Assembly: GCF_006345805.1 (NCBI RefSeq)
Contig: NC_042998.1
Span: forward strand, 134,478,001 to 134,542,000
From: Octopus sinensis
Lineage: Eukaryota
Length of the DNA: 64,000 nt
Direction of reading: 5' to 3'
A model generated the notes under the pieces. The model saw only the letters and a list, made by a program, of their open reading frames with translations, was not told where the DNA came from and did no database searches. This document shows, one piece after another, positions 48,795-61,465 of this stretch. Position 1 is the first letter of the stretch, and every line of letters begins with the position of its first letter. A program made the position numbers and the translations under genes.

Positions 48795-49075
48795 ATCATT
48801 TAATGTTCGTTTTCCAATGATGGCATGGGTTGGATGGTTTGACTGAAAACTTGTAAACTGGGGAGCTACATCAGGTTCCACTCTGATTTAGCACAGTTTC
48901 TATAGCTGGATGCCCTTTCTAACACCAACCACTCCAAGAGAGTAGTGGGTGTTTTTTTACACACCACCAGCATGGGTGCCAGTTGTGCAACACCAGCATC
49001 AGCCACAACTATGATCTTACTTGGCTTGACAGGTCTTTTCAAGCACAGTATATCACTAAAGGTCTCGGTCACTTG
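48795..49075 (-). mobile_element. RTE 3'-end fragment
   Basis: Reverse complement of the RTE tail (TTTAATGTTCGTTTTCCA...GGATGCCCTTTCTAACACCAACCACTC). Confidence 0.7.
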
Positions 49076-49359
49076 TAAAGGAAAAATTTAGGTGAAAGGA
49101 GGACAAAAATATTTTTAATAAAATTTCTCATTTTTTCACAAAACTAATCTTTCTCATTGAAAGCTAAAATCTGAAGGAAAGATAAAATCAGTCTCATTCA
49201 AAACTCAGAACATAGAACCATGTCACTAAGCATTTCATCCAGTACAATAATGATTCTACCAGACCAATAATAATATATCTGCAATGTCAGTTTTGACAGC
49301 ACCAGCTGGCAATAAGCTAAACTACTTGTTAAATTCAGTGGCCTTGGCCCCTGTTCTGG

Positions 49360-50389
49360 ATGACTACTGCAACCATATCCAAAATTTCCCCTACACATCC
49401 ATTAAACGAAAAATTTATCCTAACCTCAACAATCTAGAATGGAAAAATCTGACTGAACTAAAAAACGACACAGACCTGACAATTAAAGAAGCTGACAAAG
49501 GAAGTGCTGTAGTTCTGATGGACACAGAACACTATAAAAAACTAGTTATTTCCATATCAGAAAACGAGGCCTTCTACGAAAATATTATAAACTATAAACA
49601 ACAAAAAACAATGAAAAATCTTGCATCCTTAATTCTTCTACATAGAAAAGGCCTGACAGAAAAAGAAACAGACTACATCACGAACTTCAAATGTAAACCC
49701 AGTCTTTTTTATGGCCTCCCTAAAATACACAAGAGCAAGATAATCAATGAAGCCTGCAAACAATCACCAGGCAAATATATAAACATCCAAACGCCAGAAG
49801 ACTTGACTTTAAGACTCATTGTAGCTGGGCCAGCCTGTGAAACCCACCGACTAAGCAATTTTCTAGACATCCTACTGAAACCCTTGCTGAAATACATCAA
49901 AAGCTTCATTGGGGATGATCTAGACATGCTAGAACACCTACCAAAAACGATTAATGAAGAGGCAGTATTGGTCACCCTCGATGTTATCAATCTTTATACC
50001 AACATCCCCCATGACTATGGAATAAATACAATTAAATTCCATTCACGATTACATCACTGTACATAAATCCCCTACTAAACAAGGTCTTTTTTAAAACTTG
50101 TCTCTTTTCTGTACACATATTTATTCCCCACACATTACCGAAACCTGAACAGTTATCTCCCTTACTCACAACAATAACAATAATAACAACCAACTACCTC
50201 CCTTTATTTGTCTACTTGTGAAGCCATTCACTCGTGAATTTCATCACACACAACATGGACCAAATTTCTTCTTAAGAAAAAATATATATTCAAATAAATT
50301 AAACATAATATCATGAATAGCGATAGCGAAACCAGTCGATATATTAAAAATTATATTAAAATCATGTAAGTGTGCGTATTTTCCTTTTA

Positions 50390-50400
<11 letters not shown>
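49360..50400 (+). mobile_element. Penelope-like element: RT N-terminal fragment (to ~50035), then an A/C-rich 3' region with a degenerate hammerhead (50308-50342)
   Basis: IKEADKGSAVVLMD, FYGLPKIHK, LRLIVAGP, VTLDVINLYTNIP motifs typical of Penelope-like RTs. Ends in (TA)n. Confidence 0.85.
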
Positions 50401-50434
<34 letters not shown>

Positions 50435-50751
50435 TTCCAAGAAAGTTAGAGGTTGTGGATCCAACCAACAAAGGGATAATATCTATCCAATATACTGCTT
50501 GTAGAATACCCAATTATTAATACACAAGTGTTTTTATTGCATTGCAATTACATTACCGAGTGTACTAAATAGGTGAAGGTAAAGAGATATTTTACCATTA
50601 ATTTATAGAGCAATAAGAAAATGTTGTATCGCACATTCGACGTACGATATAACGGGATAATAAATAACGTCCTTGCAAATCGTTCTACTCAAGATATACA
50701 ATACACTCGACGATACGCAACTCTCGGCTTTACACAGATCACCGACTTTCT

Positions 50752-51900
50752 ATTTTATTTAGGCACTTGGTCTTTATAAAGAGAGGACACCACAAGGACA
50801 GACAAAACAAGATAATGGGGTACATAAAAACATATAACGAATGAATTATGAATATAAATGAAATGAGAATGGAATGGCTTTCCTACTTCCCAAAGTAAGT
50901 AGTTCCATTTTACTGTTTTTTAAATAAAGTAGTTACTTATCAATCTTGTATCTTGTTCACAATGTCACAAGCAAAAATTCCATCAAATGTTATCACTGAT
51001 GGCAAATCATCGTAACGAAATCGAATCCCTGTCGTCACTATCCTGTTGCCAAATATTTCCTGCAAACTTCCTGCTCTATCATCCTTCAACAACACCGCTT
51101 TCTCATTTCGATTTTCCAATTTTTGTCGGCCAGTTTAATCCTTATTGCATTTTCCATTTTTGAAATTCTCTTTTCTATCTCTACACTCTTTTTGTAACGA
51201 ACCATCATTCTTTCATGTTTCCCCTTTGGTAGCTCTCTCTGCTGTACCTCACCTCTCTCTACTTCTGTTGCTAGTATTCTCGTCTGCTTGTCCTTTTTTC
51301 TCACTTTCATGTCTCTTCTTCTTCCGTCCTTCCTCCTCCTTACTAGTTGAAGGCAACTGTCTTTGTGTTTGTTCCTCAGTTGGTTCCCCATTCCTTCTTT
51401 TCTCATTCTTGTTCTCCTCTGCCTTTTCTTTTTAGGTGGAGATTCCACCATTTCCTCCTCCTCTGAAGATGCACTTTCTTCTTCTTGACGCTCCTTCTCC
51501 ACCTCCTCCTGTTCGTGTTTCTGGAGATACTTTGCTTTCATGTGTCCCCTTATTCCACATGAGTAGCATATCGGAAGTCTCTCTTCTACGACGATTCTCA
51601 ATCTTGTGTCATCTGGTAGCACCAGCTCTTCTGCAATTTTATGAAGGTCCGGCAGACTAATATGGACCGAAATCTCCAGTCCATATTCCCATCAGTTCAC
51701 CTCCGTCGTTCTGGATATCTTCAACACCTGAGCATCTTCCTCTGAGTTATAGAGGATGGCTGCCAGTTAACAACAGCAATTGAAACAATTCCAGTTAACA
51801 ACGGTTTCAACAATTCAGTAAATTAACATTGCAACACAACAAAACTCATGGAGCGAACTCAAATACAACTCAAACCCAACGAAAAGATCAGCGACTCTGA
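50752..51900 (-). mobile_element. ORF1-only L1/Tx1-like element, copy A (internally deleted)
   Basis: VVEERLPICYSCGIRGHMKAKY zinc-knuckle remnant, charged tail, ends ...VNKIQD*. About 200-nt 3'UTR ending GTGCCTAAATA plus an A-rich stretch. No ORF2. Confidence 0.65.
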
Positions 51901-51904
51901 TTTC

Positions 51905-52660
51905 TTATATTTAGGCACATGGCCTTTATAAAGAGGCGACACAACAAGGATAGACAAAACAAGATAATGGGGTACATAAAAACGTATAACGAATGAAATG
52001 AGAATGGAATGGCTTTCCTACCCAGCAAAGTAGATAGTTCCATTTTACAGATTTTTAATAAAGTAATTACTTATCAGTCCTGTATCTTGTTCACAAGCAA
52101 AAATTTCGACGTATCTTCAAATGTTATCACTGATGGCAAATCATCGTAATGAAATCGAAGTCCTGTTGTATCTATTCTGTCTCCAAATATTTCCTGCAAC
52201 CTTCCTTCTCTATCATCCTCCAACAACACCGCTTTCTCATTTCGATTCTCCTCTTTGTAGGCCAGTTTATTCCTTATTATATTTTTCATTTTTGAAATTC
52301 TCTTCTCTATTTCTCCACTTTTTTTGTAACTAATCATCATCCTTTTATGTTTCCTCTTCAGTGGCTCTCTCGCTGCTGTAACTCACCATTCTCTACCTCT
52401 GTTGCTAGTATTCTCGTCTCTGCTTGTCCTTCCTTTTCACTTTCAAGTCTCTTCTTCCATCCTTCTTCCTCCTTACTAGTTGAAGGCAACGGTCTTTGAG
52501 TTCGTTCCTCAGTTGGTTCCTCCTTTCTTCTTTTCTCATTCTTGTTCTCCTCTGCCTTTCTTTTTTCTTTTTAGGTGGAGATTCCACGTGACTTCTCTTT
52601 CTTTCTACCACCTGTACATTTTCCCACCTTTCCCTCCTCCTCTGCAGTTGCACCTTCTGC
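51905..52660 (-). mobile_element. ORF1-only L1/Tx1-like element, copy B (5' end interrupted at the Gypsy junction)
   Basis: Paralogous to copy A (VESPPKKKK, ...LLVNKIQD*) with the same 3' end. Confidence 0.65.
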
Positions 52661-52664
52661 AGGA

Positions 52665-55600
52665 CCTTGTCTGAGTTTTTACGACAGATTCGTGAACTCA
52701 GCGACGCCGCACCTGAGGACAACTCGTTCGTTAAGAAGTTGTTATTCTGCCAAACAATGTACAGATGCTACTGGCTAATATGGTTGACGCAGGTATTATC
52801 AACCAAATTGCCACCTCAGCAGGCAGGATTTTGGAGTTTTCACATAGTTCTACCACGGCTGATAGAGTCGGTGCTTCTTCTTCTTCGTCTCCTACATCAC
52901 AGCCTCCCCGAACAGGCGAAGATGTCATGTTAAGAGCAATTGAATGTTTAACACGCGAAGTTGCTAAACTGTGTCGTGCACGTGCGACATTTCGGCATCG
53001 CTCACATAGTTGCTCTTCTCGCCGTCGTTCCAGTTCTTCACTGTGTTGGTACCACTGAAGGTTCAAAGAGAACGCACGTCGGTGTGTTAAGCCCTGTTCA
53101 TTTGGGGGCATCGATAAATTCAGTTTGGAGAGTTTAGGCACCTCAGATCTCTCCCATAACATTTCACCTTATCGTGCTTTTTTCATCAGGCATCTCGTCT
53201 CACACAAGTCGTTCATGGTAGACACAGGGTCGAGTTGTAGTATTTGGGCCTTAAGGTTCATCTCTACCAAGCCGAATCCTTTCGGCGCTTCTTTATATGC
53301 AGTGAATCAGTCTTCCATCAGGACCTATGACCAGATATCCTTATCGTTGGACTTATCCTTACATCGAGACTTTAAATGGATTTTTACTATCGCCGACCTT
53401 TCTCATCCTATCCTCGGCGCAGATTTCCTACATCATTATTCACTTTTGGTAAATGTCAGGAGCCAGAGACTTCTGGATAATACCACATCCTTATCTACAC
53501 CTACCCACGAATCTACCTCTGCTCTTATCAGTCTGTCATTCTTCGTGGCTGCTGCCGGAAACCAGTTTCACGCACTCCCCGCCACATTTCCCGGGTTGAT
53601 GAACCTTTCCTTCAAGCCTACCCAGGTAATCCACTCGACTCAACACCTCATCACAACGACTGGTCCACCTCTTTTCTCTTGACCACGACGGTTAGCTCCT
53701 GATAAACTCAAGATAGCGCGAGCTGAGTTCGAGTACATGCTCAAGCTCAGCCTTATACGACCTTCCACCAGCCCATGGACATGTCCCCTAAATTTGGCAC
53801 GCAAGGGTGACACTGACTTTTGCCCAGTTGGAGACTACAGACGTCTCAACGCCGTCACCACCCCTGATAGATATCCACTCTCTAATTTTCAGGATTTCTC
53901 ATCCGCTCGTCATAACTGCACGGTGTTTTCTAAATTGGACCTGGTACGAGCGTACCAGCAAATACCAATGAATCCAGAAGATGTTCCCAAAACCGCGGTG
54001 ACGACACCGTTTGGCTCATTTGAATTTCTATCTATGCCATTCGGACTGCGAAAGGCCGCTAGTACGTTCCAGCGCTTTATCGACGAAGTTACTCGTGGAC
54101 TTCCAGGTGTTTTTGCCAACATCGACAACATACTCGTTGCTAGTCCTACGGTTGTATTACATCAGCAGCATCTTTCTAAGTTGTTCCAGTGACTCTCACA
54201 GTACAACGTCAAAGTCAACCTGGCAAAAAGTGTTTTTCGCAAATCCTCATTTGAATTTTTAGGACACATCGTTGATTGCGATGGCATTCGACCATTGCCC
54301 GCTAAGATCCAAGCCATCCATTTTGCTCCTCCCACGTCATTCCGTCAGCTCCGACACTTCCTCGGTCTCATCAACTTTTATCGTCGTTTCCCACCTAATT
54401 GTGCTTGGAAATCATTGCCTCTAACTGAGCTTTTAAAGTACAGAACGAAAAAAGACGCGACTATTTCCCTTTCACCAGATGAATTGCTGGCATTCCAGAA
54501 AATCAAGTCAGACTTAGTTCAAATTGCTACACTAGCCCTTCCGATTCCTGGGGCACATCTCGTACTTACCGTTGATGCTTCAAATTTCGCAGTTGTTGTG
54601 ATATTACAGCAAATTATTAAATCAACGCCTACAACCCTTGGCATACTTTTCACGTCGGCCCGGGGATCCAGAAACGAGATACAGCACCTTGCGCACGAGT
54701 TGATAGCCATTTACTTAGCAGTCAAGCATTTTTACCATTTTCTCGTTGGGCATGATTTTGTGGTTTTCACAGATCACAAAACGTTGACATTCGCCCTTCG
54801 ACAAATACTCGCTACGTGAGGTCAGACATGTCGACTTTATCTCACAATTTACAAGTGATATACGTCACCTTTCTGTGGCAGACAACGTCCCTGTGGATGC
54901 ATTGTCAAGACTCCCAGTTTGTTCTTTGACTCCAGCTGCGATCGATCTTGTCACGCTTGCTGCCGACCAGCCCCTTCTGCAATCAATCGACACCTCGTCT
55001 CCACTATTCACTCAATGTCGTTTGGAGTACTTACCCTTGTCAACAACAGACGGAACTATCCTGTGTGACGTATCTACAGGATCGCCTCTCCACCTTGTTC
55101 CTAACAACCATCGCCGAAGCGTGTTCGATGCCTTGCACTCCTTATCTCATCCAGGTATTGCGGCCTCAGTCAAGCTCATCACGGCCCGCTTTTTTGGGGG
55201 GCCGGACATGCACCGAGATATCATGCTTAGTCTCGCTCCTGTCGTCAGTGACAGCGTTCCAAGATCCATACACACATTCGTTCGCAACTCGGAAAATTTG
55301 ACCAACCTGACAGTCATTTCCGCCACATTGATATCAACATCGTCATGCCGTGGCCTGTTAGTAACGAATACTCCTATATTCTTACCTGTTTCGACCGTTT
55401 CCCTGGATGGCCTGAAGCTATTCTCCTCGGCGACATCTCCGCTGAATCAGTCGCTTGCGCTTTGATATCAGGCTGGATATCGCGAATCGGTGTTCCCTAA
55501 AGGATTGCCACCGATCGGGGGGAATCACAGCTTTTCCGTGAATTTTCTCATCTCTTGGGCGTGCAGCATTTCCACACGACAAGCTACCACCCCGCTTCTA

Positions 55601-55765
55601 ACGAGATGGTAGAGCGATTCCACCGTCAACTGAAGACAGCTTTTCGTGCATCACCAGATCCACTAAGATGGACCGAGTACCTTCCCATCGTCCGTTTGGG
55701 TTGTTGGTCCTCTGTGAAAGCAGATCTGGGCTATTATTCGGCCGAATTACTCTATGGCACCCACA
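52665..55765 (+). mobile_element. Decayed Gypsy/Ty3 LTR-retrotransposon internal region (gag end, protease, RT, RNase H, integrase); no LTRs recognised
   Basis: FMVDTGSS (protease); DYRRLN, FSKLDLVRAYQQI, MPFGL, with the YxDD site degraded to NIDN (RT); TVDAS, FTDHK (RNase H); HSLSHPG, TTSYHPASNEMVERFHRQLK (integrase). Many stops and frameshifts. Confidence 0.92.
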
Positions 55766-57094
55766 GTTTCTCTGTCCCACGATATCCCTCTCATTTCCTG
55801 TTACGTGGGCTAAATTTCAGCTGGGCTTTTGAAATGTGAAGCTAACGGTTTAAGAAATACTCCTAATTTAAATTTTACGAATAGAATTAACGTAGTGAAA
55901 TCATAAATCCAGCTATCTGAGTCAATAACTCCGCAAAATATATGGAATGAAAAATACGTAAAAATACTAACATACAGTAAAAGCACAGAAAAATTTAAAC
56001 AAAACACGCGGGTGAAAAAAATCTCGTGGTGTCAAGAATCAAGGGTGAAAAATCAACATACACAACAGCGGCCCAGACAACAGTGAACCACAACACAGCG
56101 TGCGGCTGTCATGGTAACAAGCTGCTAATGCCATGCTGTCTGCTGATTGGCTAAAATTACCCAAACTTCTCGACTTTAATTCCAAATAACATCAGATTCT
56201 TTAAGTAACGAGATAAAGTTGATCGTAATCAAAATTCAGAGTTGCATCAATACACCAAAATTGAAAGCAATCTGAGCAAATTTATGGGAGGCTCATTTTG
56301 CGAATGAGACAGACTAGACTCCAAATGAATAACATGAGATTCAGCGTGAAAAATTACATCAATTTTCTCTTAATTTTAAAATTTCAAAAATGTGAAGCCT
56401 AACAGAGAAGATCCTGTTTTACTGTTTGTTGGATAGAGATGTTTAGGAATTCTTATTTGTAGTTACTGGCCTCTCAGATGGATCAGAAATTTAAAATAGT
56501 TCATCTAAGAATGGTAACTCTTTGCTGCTGTTTTGTAAAATTGACGTGAGCTTTGCTAACCGACAAAGATAAGACGAAGTCCTACCCCCAGAATAAAGAC
56601 TTTATCAGTAAATTAACAGAGTTATGTCCCTTCCCTAGTCCTTTACACAACTTGGATTTTATATTTCATGATTTTTTGTTTTGTTTCGTGATTTTTTCAA
56701 AGAGTGCTCTTTACCTCTTTGTAGAATCACTTAGATTCATGTAGCTACGCTCAGGTAGTTTGCAATTTTGAGGAAGAACAATTTGACAAATAATGTGACA
56801 TTTGTTAGAAGGTACACAGTTTTACAGCAGATAAGATTGGGCTTGGATGAAGATAAAATATCAATAGTTTAAGTTGTACCTGAGCCACTGGTTGAAGTGT
56901 GCTGAAGAATGACTATTGGCGAACCAATCAAAATGACTTGATGCTTGTGGGTGTACTGCAGTGCCGTCCAGATAGATATAAGAAATACACTGATTAAGGT
57001 GGGACTACACTTTGGCAAGAGTCGGAAACTGATGTAAGTGGGAATATTTTCTGGTTAAAACGAAACGCATACTTACAAGCGTGCCTCACCCACC

Positions 57095-58225
57095 CATCGA
57101 ATTTGTTCCCCATGATTTTCAGATAAATACGTATTTTTAATGAAACTTTCTACAAATACGCTTCAGAAGGTGTGAATTCCAATTATATCGGAATTCGTTG
57201 TGAAAAAAGTTTTTTCTGTGAATAGGGAGAGGGTTTGGGAAAATTTACACGAATTAGTTTTGTTTCCTCATAACTTTCAGAAAAATTGATATTTTTTTTA
57301 ATGAAATTTTCAACAAATACTTTTCGGAGTGTGTAGATTACGATTATATTGGAATTTAATATGAAAAGCAATTGGCGGACTTGTACATATACATTCTGAC
57401 GCACATCATATATATTTATGAAACGTATAAAAAAAATTTTATTTGGTAAGTAGCTTGCTTACCAACCACATGGTTCCGGGTTCATTCCCACTGCGTGGCA
57501 CCTTGGGCAAGTGTCTTCTACTATAGCCTCGGGCCCACCAAAGCCTTGTGAGTGGATTTGGTAGACGGAAACTGAAAGAGGCCCGTCGTATATGTGTGTG
57601 TGTGTGTCTGTGTTGGTCCCCCCAACATCGCTTGACAACCGATGCTGGTGTGTTTACGTCCCTGTAACTTAGCGGTTCGGCAAAAGAGGCCGATAGAATA
57701 AGTACTAGGCTTACAAAAAATAAGTCCTGGGGTCGATTTGCTCGACTAAAGACGGTACTCCAGCATGGCCGCAGTCAAATGACTGTAACGAGTAAAAGAG
57801 TAACATATAAACATGTACATCGTTTAGAATGTTATCATTTTATAAGATTTTGCTGGCAAATTTTTTAATTAACACAAACTTAAAATTTCGAAAAAATTGC
57901 ATTTTGAGTCAGTATGTATGCATGTTCACCAATTTTTTCCTCTTTTTTTTTTCCTATCAAATTACAGTACAATCGTCATCTACACACCTGAAAGATATTT
58001 GTAGAAAATTTCATTAAAAAAAGTATCCAGTTTTCTGAAAGTTACAGGGAAACAAAGCCGACTCGTGTGAATTTTCCGAAACTCCCCCATTCACGGAAAA
58101 TTTCACAATAAATTCCGATATAATGGGAATCTACACTATCTGAAACGTATTTGTTGAAAATTTCATAAAAAAAAATATTCATTTTTTTTTTTTGGAAGTT
58201 ATGAGGAAACAAAGTCAGTGGGGCA
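57095..58225. mobile_element. Fold-back/MITE-like element with ~250-bp modular imperfect TIRs, interrupted by a CORE SINE (57445-57800)
   Basis: 57107-57345 is inverted at ~57965-58215. Each arm has two copies of TTTGTTTCCTCATAACTT...ATGAAATTTTCAACAAATAC. Confidence 0.65.
57445..57800 (+). mobile_element. CORE-type SINE with CpGs largely intact
   Basis: Family body and tail. Confidence 0.85.
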
Positions 58226-58275
58226 TATTTGTGTCGGTATGCCAAAAGAAAATCGTAGTGTTTGCGAAGAGAGGT

Positions 58276-58364
58276 CATTGGAGACTGTGAGATCTAGTAA
58301 ACATTTGTACCATTTTTTGTAAAAAAATGGCACAAATGTTTACTAGGTCTCACAGTCTCCGATG
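58276..58364. repeat. 89-nt near-perfect hairpin
   Basis: CATTGGAGACTGTGAGATCTAGTAAACATTTGTACCATTTTTT-GT-AAAAAAATGGCACAAATGTTTACTAGGTCTCACAGTCTCCGATG. Confidence 0.85.
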
Positions 58365-59170
58365 TTATTTAGACTCATGCCCGTTCTGACTGAACAAAAA
58401 CATTTTAGTCATGACAATATCGTCATTTTTAAGACGGTAGGACATGATTCGGGGAACATGTAACTGTTATTTCTGGCAGGTCGAACAATCACAGAGTTTT
58501 CAGTTCATCGAAATAGTAAGTTTTGAGTGTATATTTTAAAAAATATTTGGCGTCTTCTGACAAAATGGAAAGAAGTTCACACAGAAATTCCAAATTGAAA
58601 CATTTTTATTAACCCGCTCTATTTGCCAATAAAAAAAATAATAAATCTAGAGAATTCTTAAGTAAATATCGTTAATCGTTGGCATAAAAATAAAGCATTC
58701 CACCAATATTCACTATAATACACGTGCACCAAAAAGAATCAAATAAATGTAAAGCAACTATTACTGTAGAATACTATAAATATAAATCTATAAATTGCTG
58801 AGTTGGTTAAATAGCGAAATCTTCTTAAGATGCGGGGGTTCTGTTAATGACGAGCGTATGAATAGAAACACTTAAGAAGCTATGTTATGAGTGGGTGGAT
58901 TACAAGCAAACAGAGATTATAAAGTATTTTGTTTTTATATAAAATTACAATTCATCAGTTTTCACGGCTTCCACGAGAAAATTTAGTTTTGTGAACTACA
59001 AGCGAAGAAAACTCGTGTTTGCATAGGAAAAAATTTGTTGAAACACCGGTTTATCCTATATAACTGTATCTAACACGATACATTGTTTTGACAGTCGTCC
59101 TTACTCACGATTAGGCTCAACTTTGGAGAACCAAACCAATATCAGACTAAATTTACGTATTACCCTTCTG

Positions 59171-59307
59171 ATGTCCAGATTTGTCGCAGTGGCCTTCCGA
59201 TCAGCATGTCGCCTTTTGAATACATCTCGACCCCTGACCTCCAAACGTGACACACAGTACACGAGTGTCAGGAATTTCCTCGTAACACAATCAAAAACCA
59301 AGGACAA
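59171..59307 (+). CDS. Probable first coding exon of a nuclear gene for a mitochondrial protein (continues downstream, likely beyond the window)
   Basis: MSRFVAVAFRSACRLLNTSRPLTSKRDTQYTSVRNFLVTQSKTKD: R/S/T/L/A-rich and nearly acid-free, like a presequence. Donor AA|GTAAGT at 59308, acceptor TTTTGACAG at 59086-59094, CpG-richer surroundings. No downstream exon identified. Confidence 0.5.
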
Positions 59308-59429
59308 GTAAGTAATAACGTGTGTGTTACATAAACTTTTTCCTTGAAATTTCGATACTTTTATTTTCAACATATGTGTATTGAAGGATGCCAAAACATA
59401 GTGTGTGTGTGTGTATGTATGTATGTATG

Positions 59430-59479
<50 letters not shown>

Positions 59480-59824
59480 AAAATATCGCGTTGACCTATC
59501 CCTTTAGGCGCTCAATTTCACATAAAATTCCTTCCTTTCACTTCAATTTTATCAAGATACTATGACCGGTTGAAAAGAAAATTTTGGAAGTCGTAACCTT
59601 CTTGTTCCTTTGATTTTTAACTTACTTTTTCTCTTACCTAGTTTTATTTTCAATACTTTTTGTGGACTACATATTTTCATACTTTTTTATAAAACCGCGG
59701 CAGTTATTTCGAAGTTTCGACCTGTTGATCTTTGTCGGACATTTCGACGAAAGCTGAGAGACCGAAACTTCGAAATCACTATCACTTTCTGTATGTGTTT
59801 ATTCATATATAATATATATAAATC

Positions 59825-60205
59825 TTGTTTGAGACATTTGACTGCAGCCATGCTGGGATACCGCCTTGAAGGGTTTTAGTCGAACACATTCATCTCTAGA
59901 ATTTTTTTTTTAAGCTTAGTACTTATTCTATCGGTTTTTTTTTTTTGCCCAACTGCTATGTTACGGGGACATAAACACACCAACACCGGTTGTCAAGCGG
60001 TGGTGGGAAACAGAAACAGACACACACAGATATATACATATATGTAACGACAGGCTTCTTTCAGATTCCGTCTACCAAATCCACTCAGAAAGCCTTGGTT
60101 GGCCCAAGTCTATAGTAGAAGGCATTTGCACAAAGTGCCATGCAGTGAGACTGAAACTGGAACCATATGGTTGGAAAGTAAGCTTCATTCTACACAACTA
60201 CGCCT
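59825..60205 (-). mobile_element. CORE-type SINE
   Basis: Reverse complement of the family tail and head. Confidence 0.75.
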
Positions 60206-60279
60206 GTAACTATATATATAATATATATGTGTGTGTGTGTATATATAGATAGATAGAGAGAGAGAGACACATACACACT

Positions 60280-60334
<55 letters not shown>

Positions 60335-60335
<1 letters not shown>

Positions 60336-60804
60336 CCTTCTTGTGACACTTGTGAAGACCTGTTGAGGCAAGTGAAAATCAAAACAAATCAAAATAGATG
60401 AACATCAATGGAATTTGTATCTTTGTGATACCAGTGCCGGTGGCACACAAGAAAACCATCCGAACGTGGCCGTAGCCAGTACCGCATCGACTGGCCTCCG
60501 TGCTGTGGGCACGTAACAAACACCATCCGATCGTGGCCGTTCGCCAGCCTCATCTGGCACCTGTGTCGGTGGCACATAAAAAACACCATCCGAGCGTGGC
60601 CGTTCGTCAGCCTCGTCTGGCACCTGTGTCGGTGGCACATAAAATCACCCACTACACTCTCGGAGTGGTTGGCGTTAGGAAGGGCATCCAGCTGTAGAAA
60701 CACTGCCAGATCTGACTGGCCTGGTGCAGCCTTCGGGCTCCCCAGACCCCAGTTGAACCGTCCAACCCATGCTAGCATGGAAAGCGGACGTTAAATGATG
60801 ATGA

Positions 60805-60808
<4 letters not shown>
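60335..60808 (+). mobile_element. RTE 3'UTR fragment with ~3 tandem units and (GAT)n tail
   Basis: ACCATCCGA at 60455, 60522 and 60585; canonical tail. Confidence 0.85.
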
Positions 60809-60843
<35 letters not shown>

Positions 60844-60859
60844 CGTTATTATTATAGAG

Positions 60860-61465
60860 TTGTCCAGACTTCTGTTGTGGCATGGTTTCTACAGCTGGAT
60901 ACCCTTCCTAATACCAACCACTTAACAGAGTATACTGGGTACTTCTTATGTGCCACTGGCATGGATGCATTTACACAGCTCCTGAAAGGACAAGCCTGTA
61001 TGTATGGAAGAGCAAATTTACTTAGCTTGACATGCCTTTTCAAGTACAGCAAATCACCACATCTCCCAGTCCCTTGTCATTTCCTCAGTGAGGCCCAGCA
61101 TATGAAGATCCTTTCTCACCACTTCATCCCATGTCTTGGTGGGTCTATCCCTTCCACAGTTTCTGCTCTTCTTTACGCAACTGTCCTCATCCATATGCAT
61201 CACATGACCAATCCAGCACAGTCTTCTCTCTTGCACACAATGTCTGATGCCTTTTAAACTCAGTTTTCCACTTAAATCATTTGCACTCTGCCGTGTGTAC
61301 ACAGACATTACCCATCCAGTGGAGCATGCAAGCTTCTTTTCTTTCAAGCCTTTGCAAGTCCCCTTTAGTCAAAGGCCAGATTTCACTGCCATGTAACATA
61401 GCTGTTCATACACAAGCATCATACAATCTGCCTTTCATACTGAGAGGCCCTTAGTTACCAACAAA
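60860..61465 (-). mobile_element. Decayed RTE C-terminal coding fragment
   Basis: [23 protein letters not shown]...RPTKTWDEVVRKDL. Confidence 0.75.

Noticed and set aside
56105-56150. RFX-like half site (CATGGTAAC) next to a CCAAT box
   Set aside because: No linked exon was found, and the flanking sequence looks like the end of a non-autonomous DNA element.
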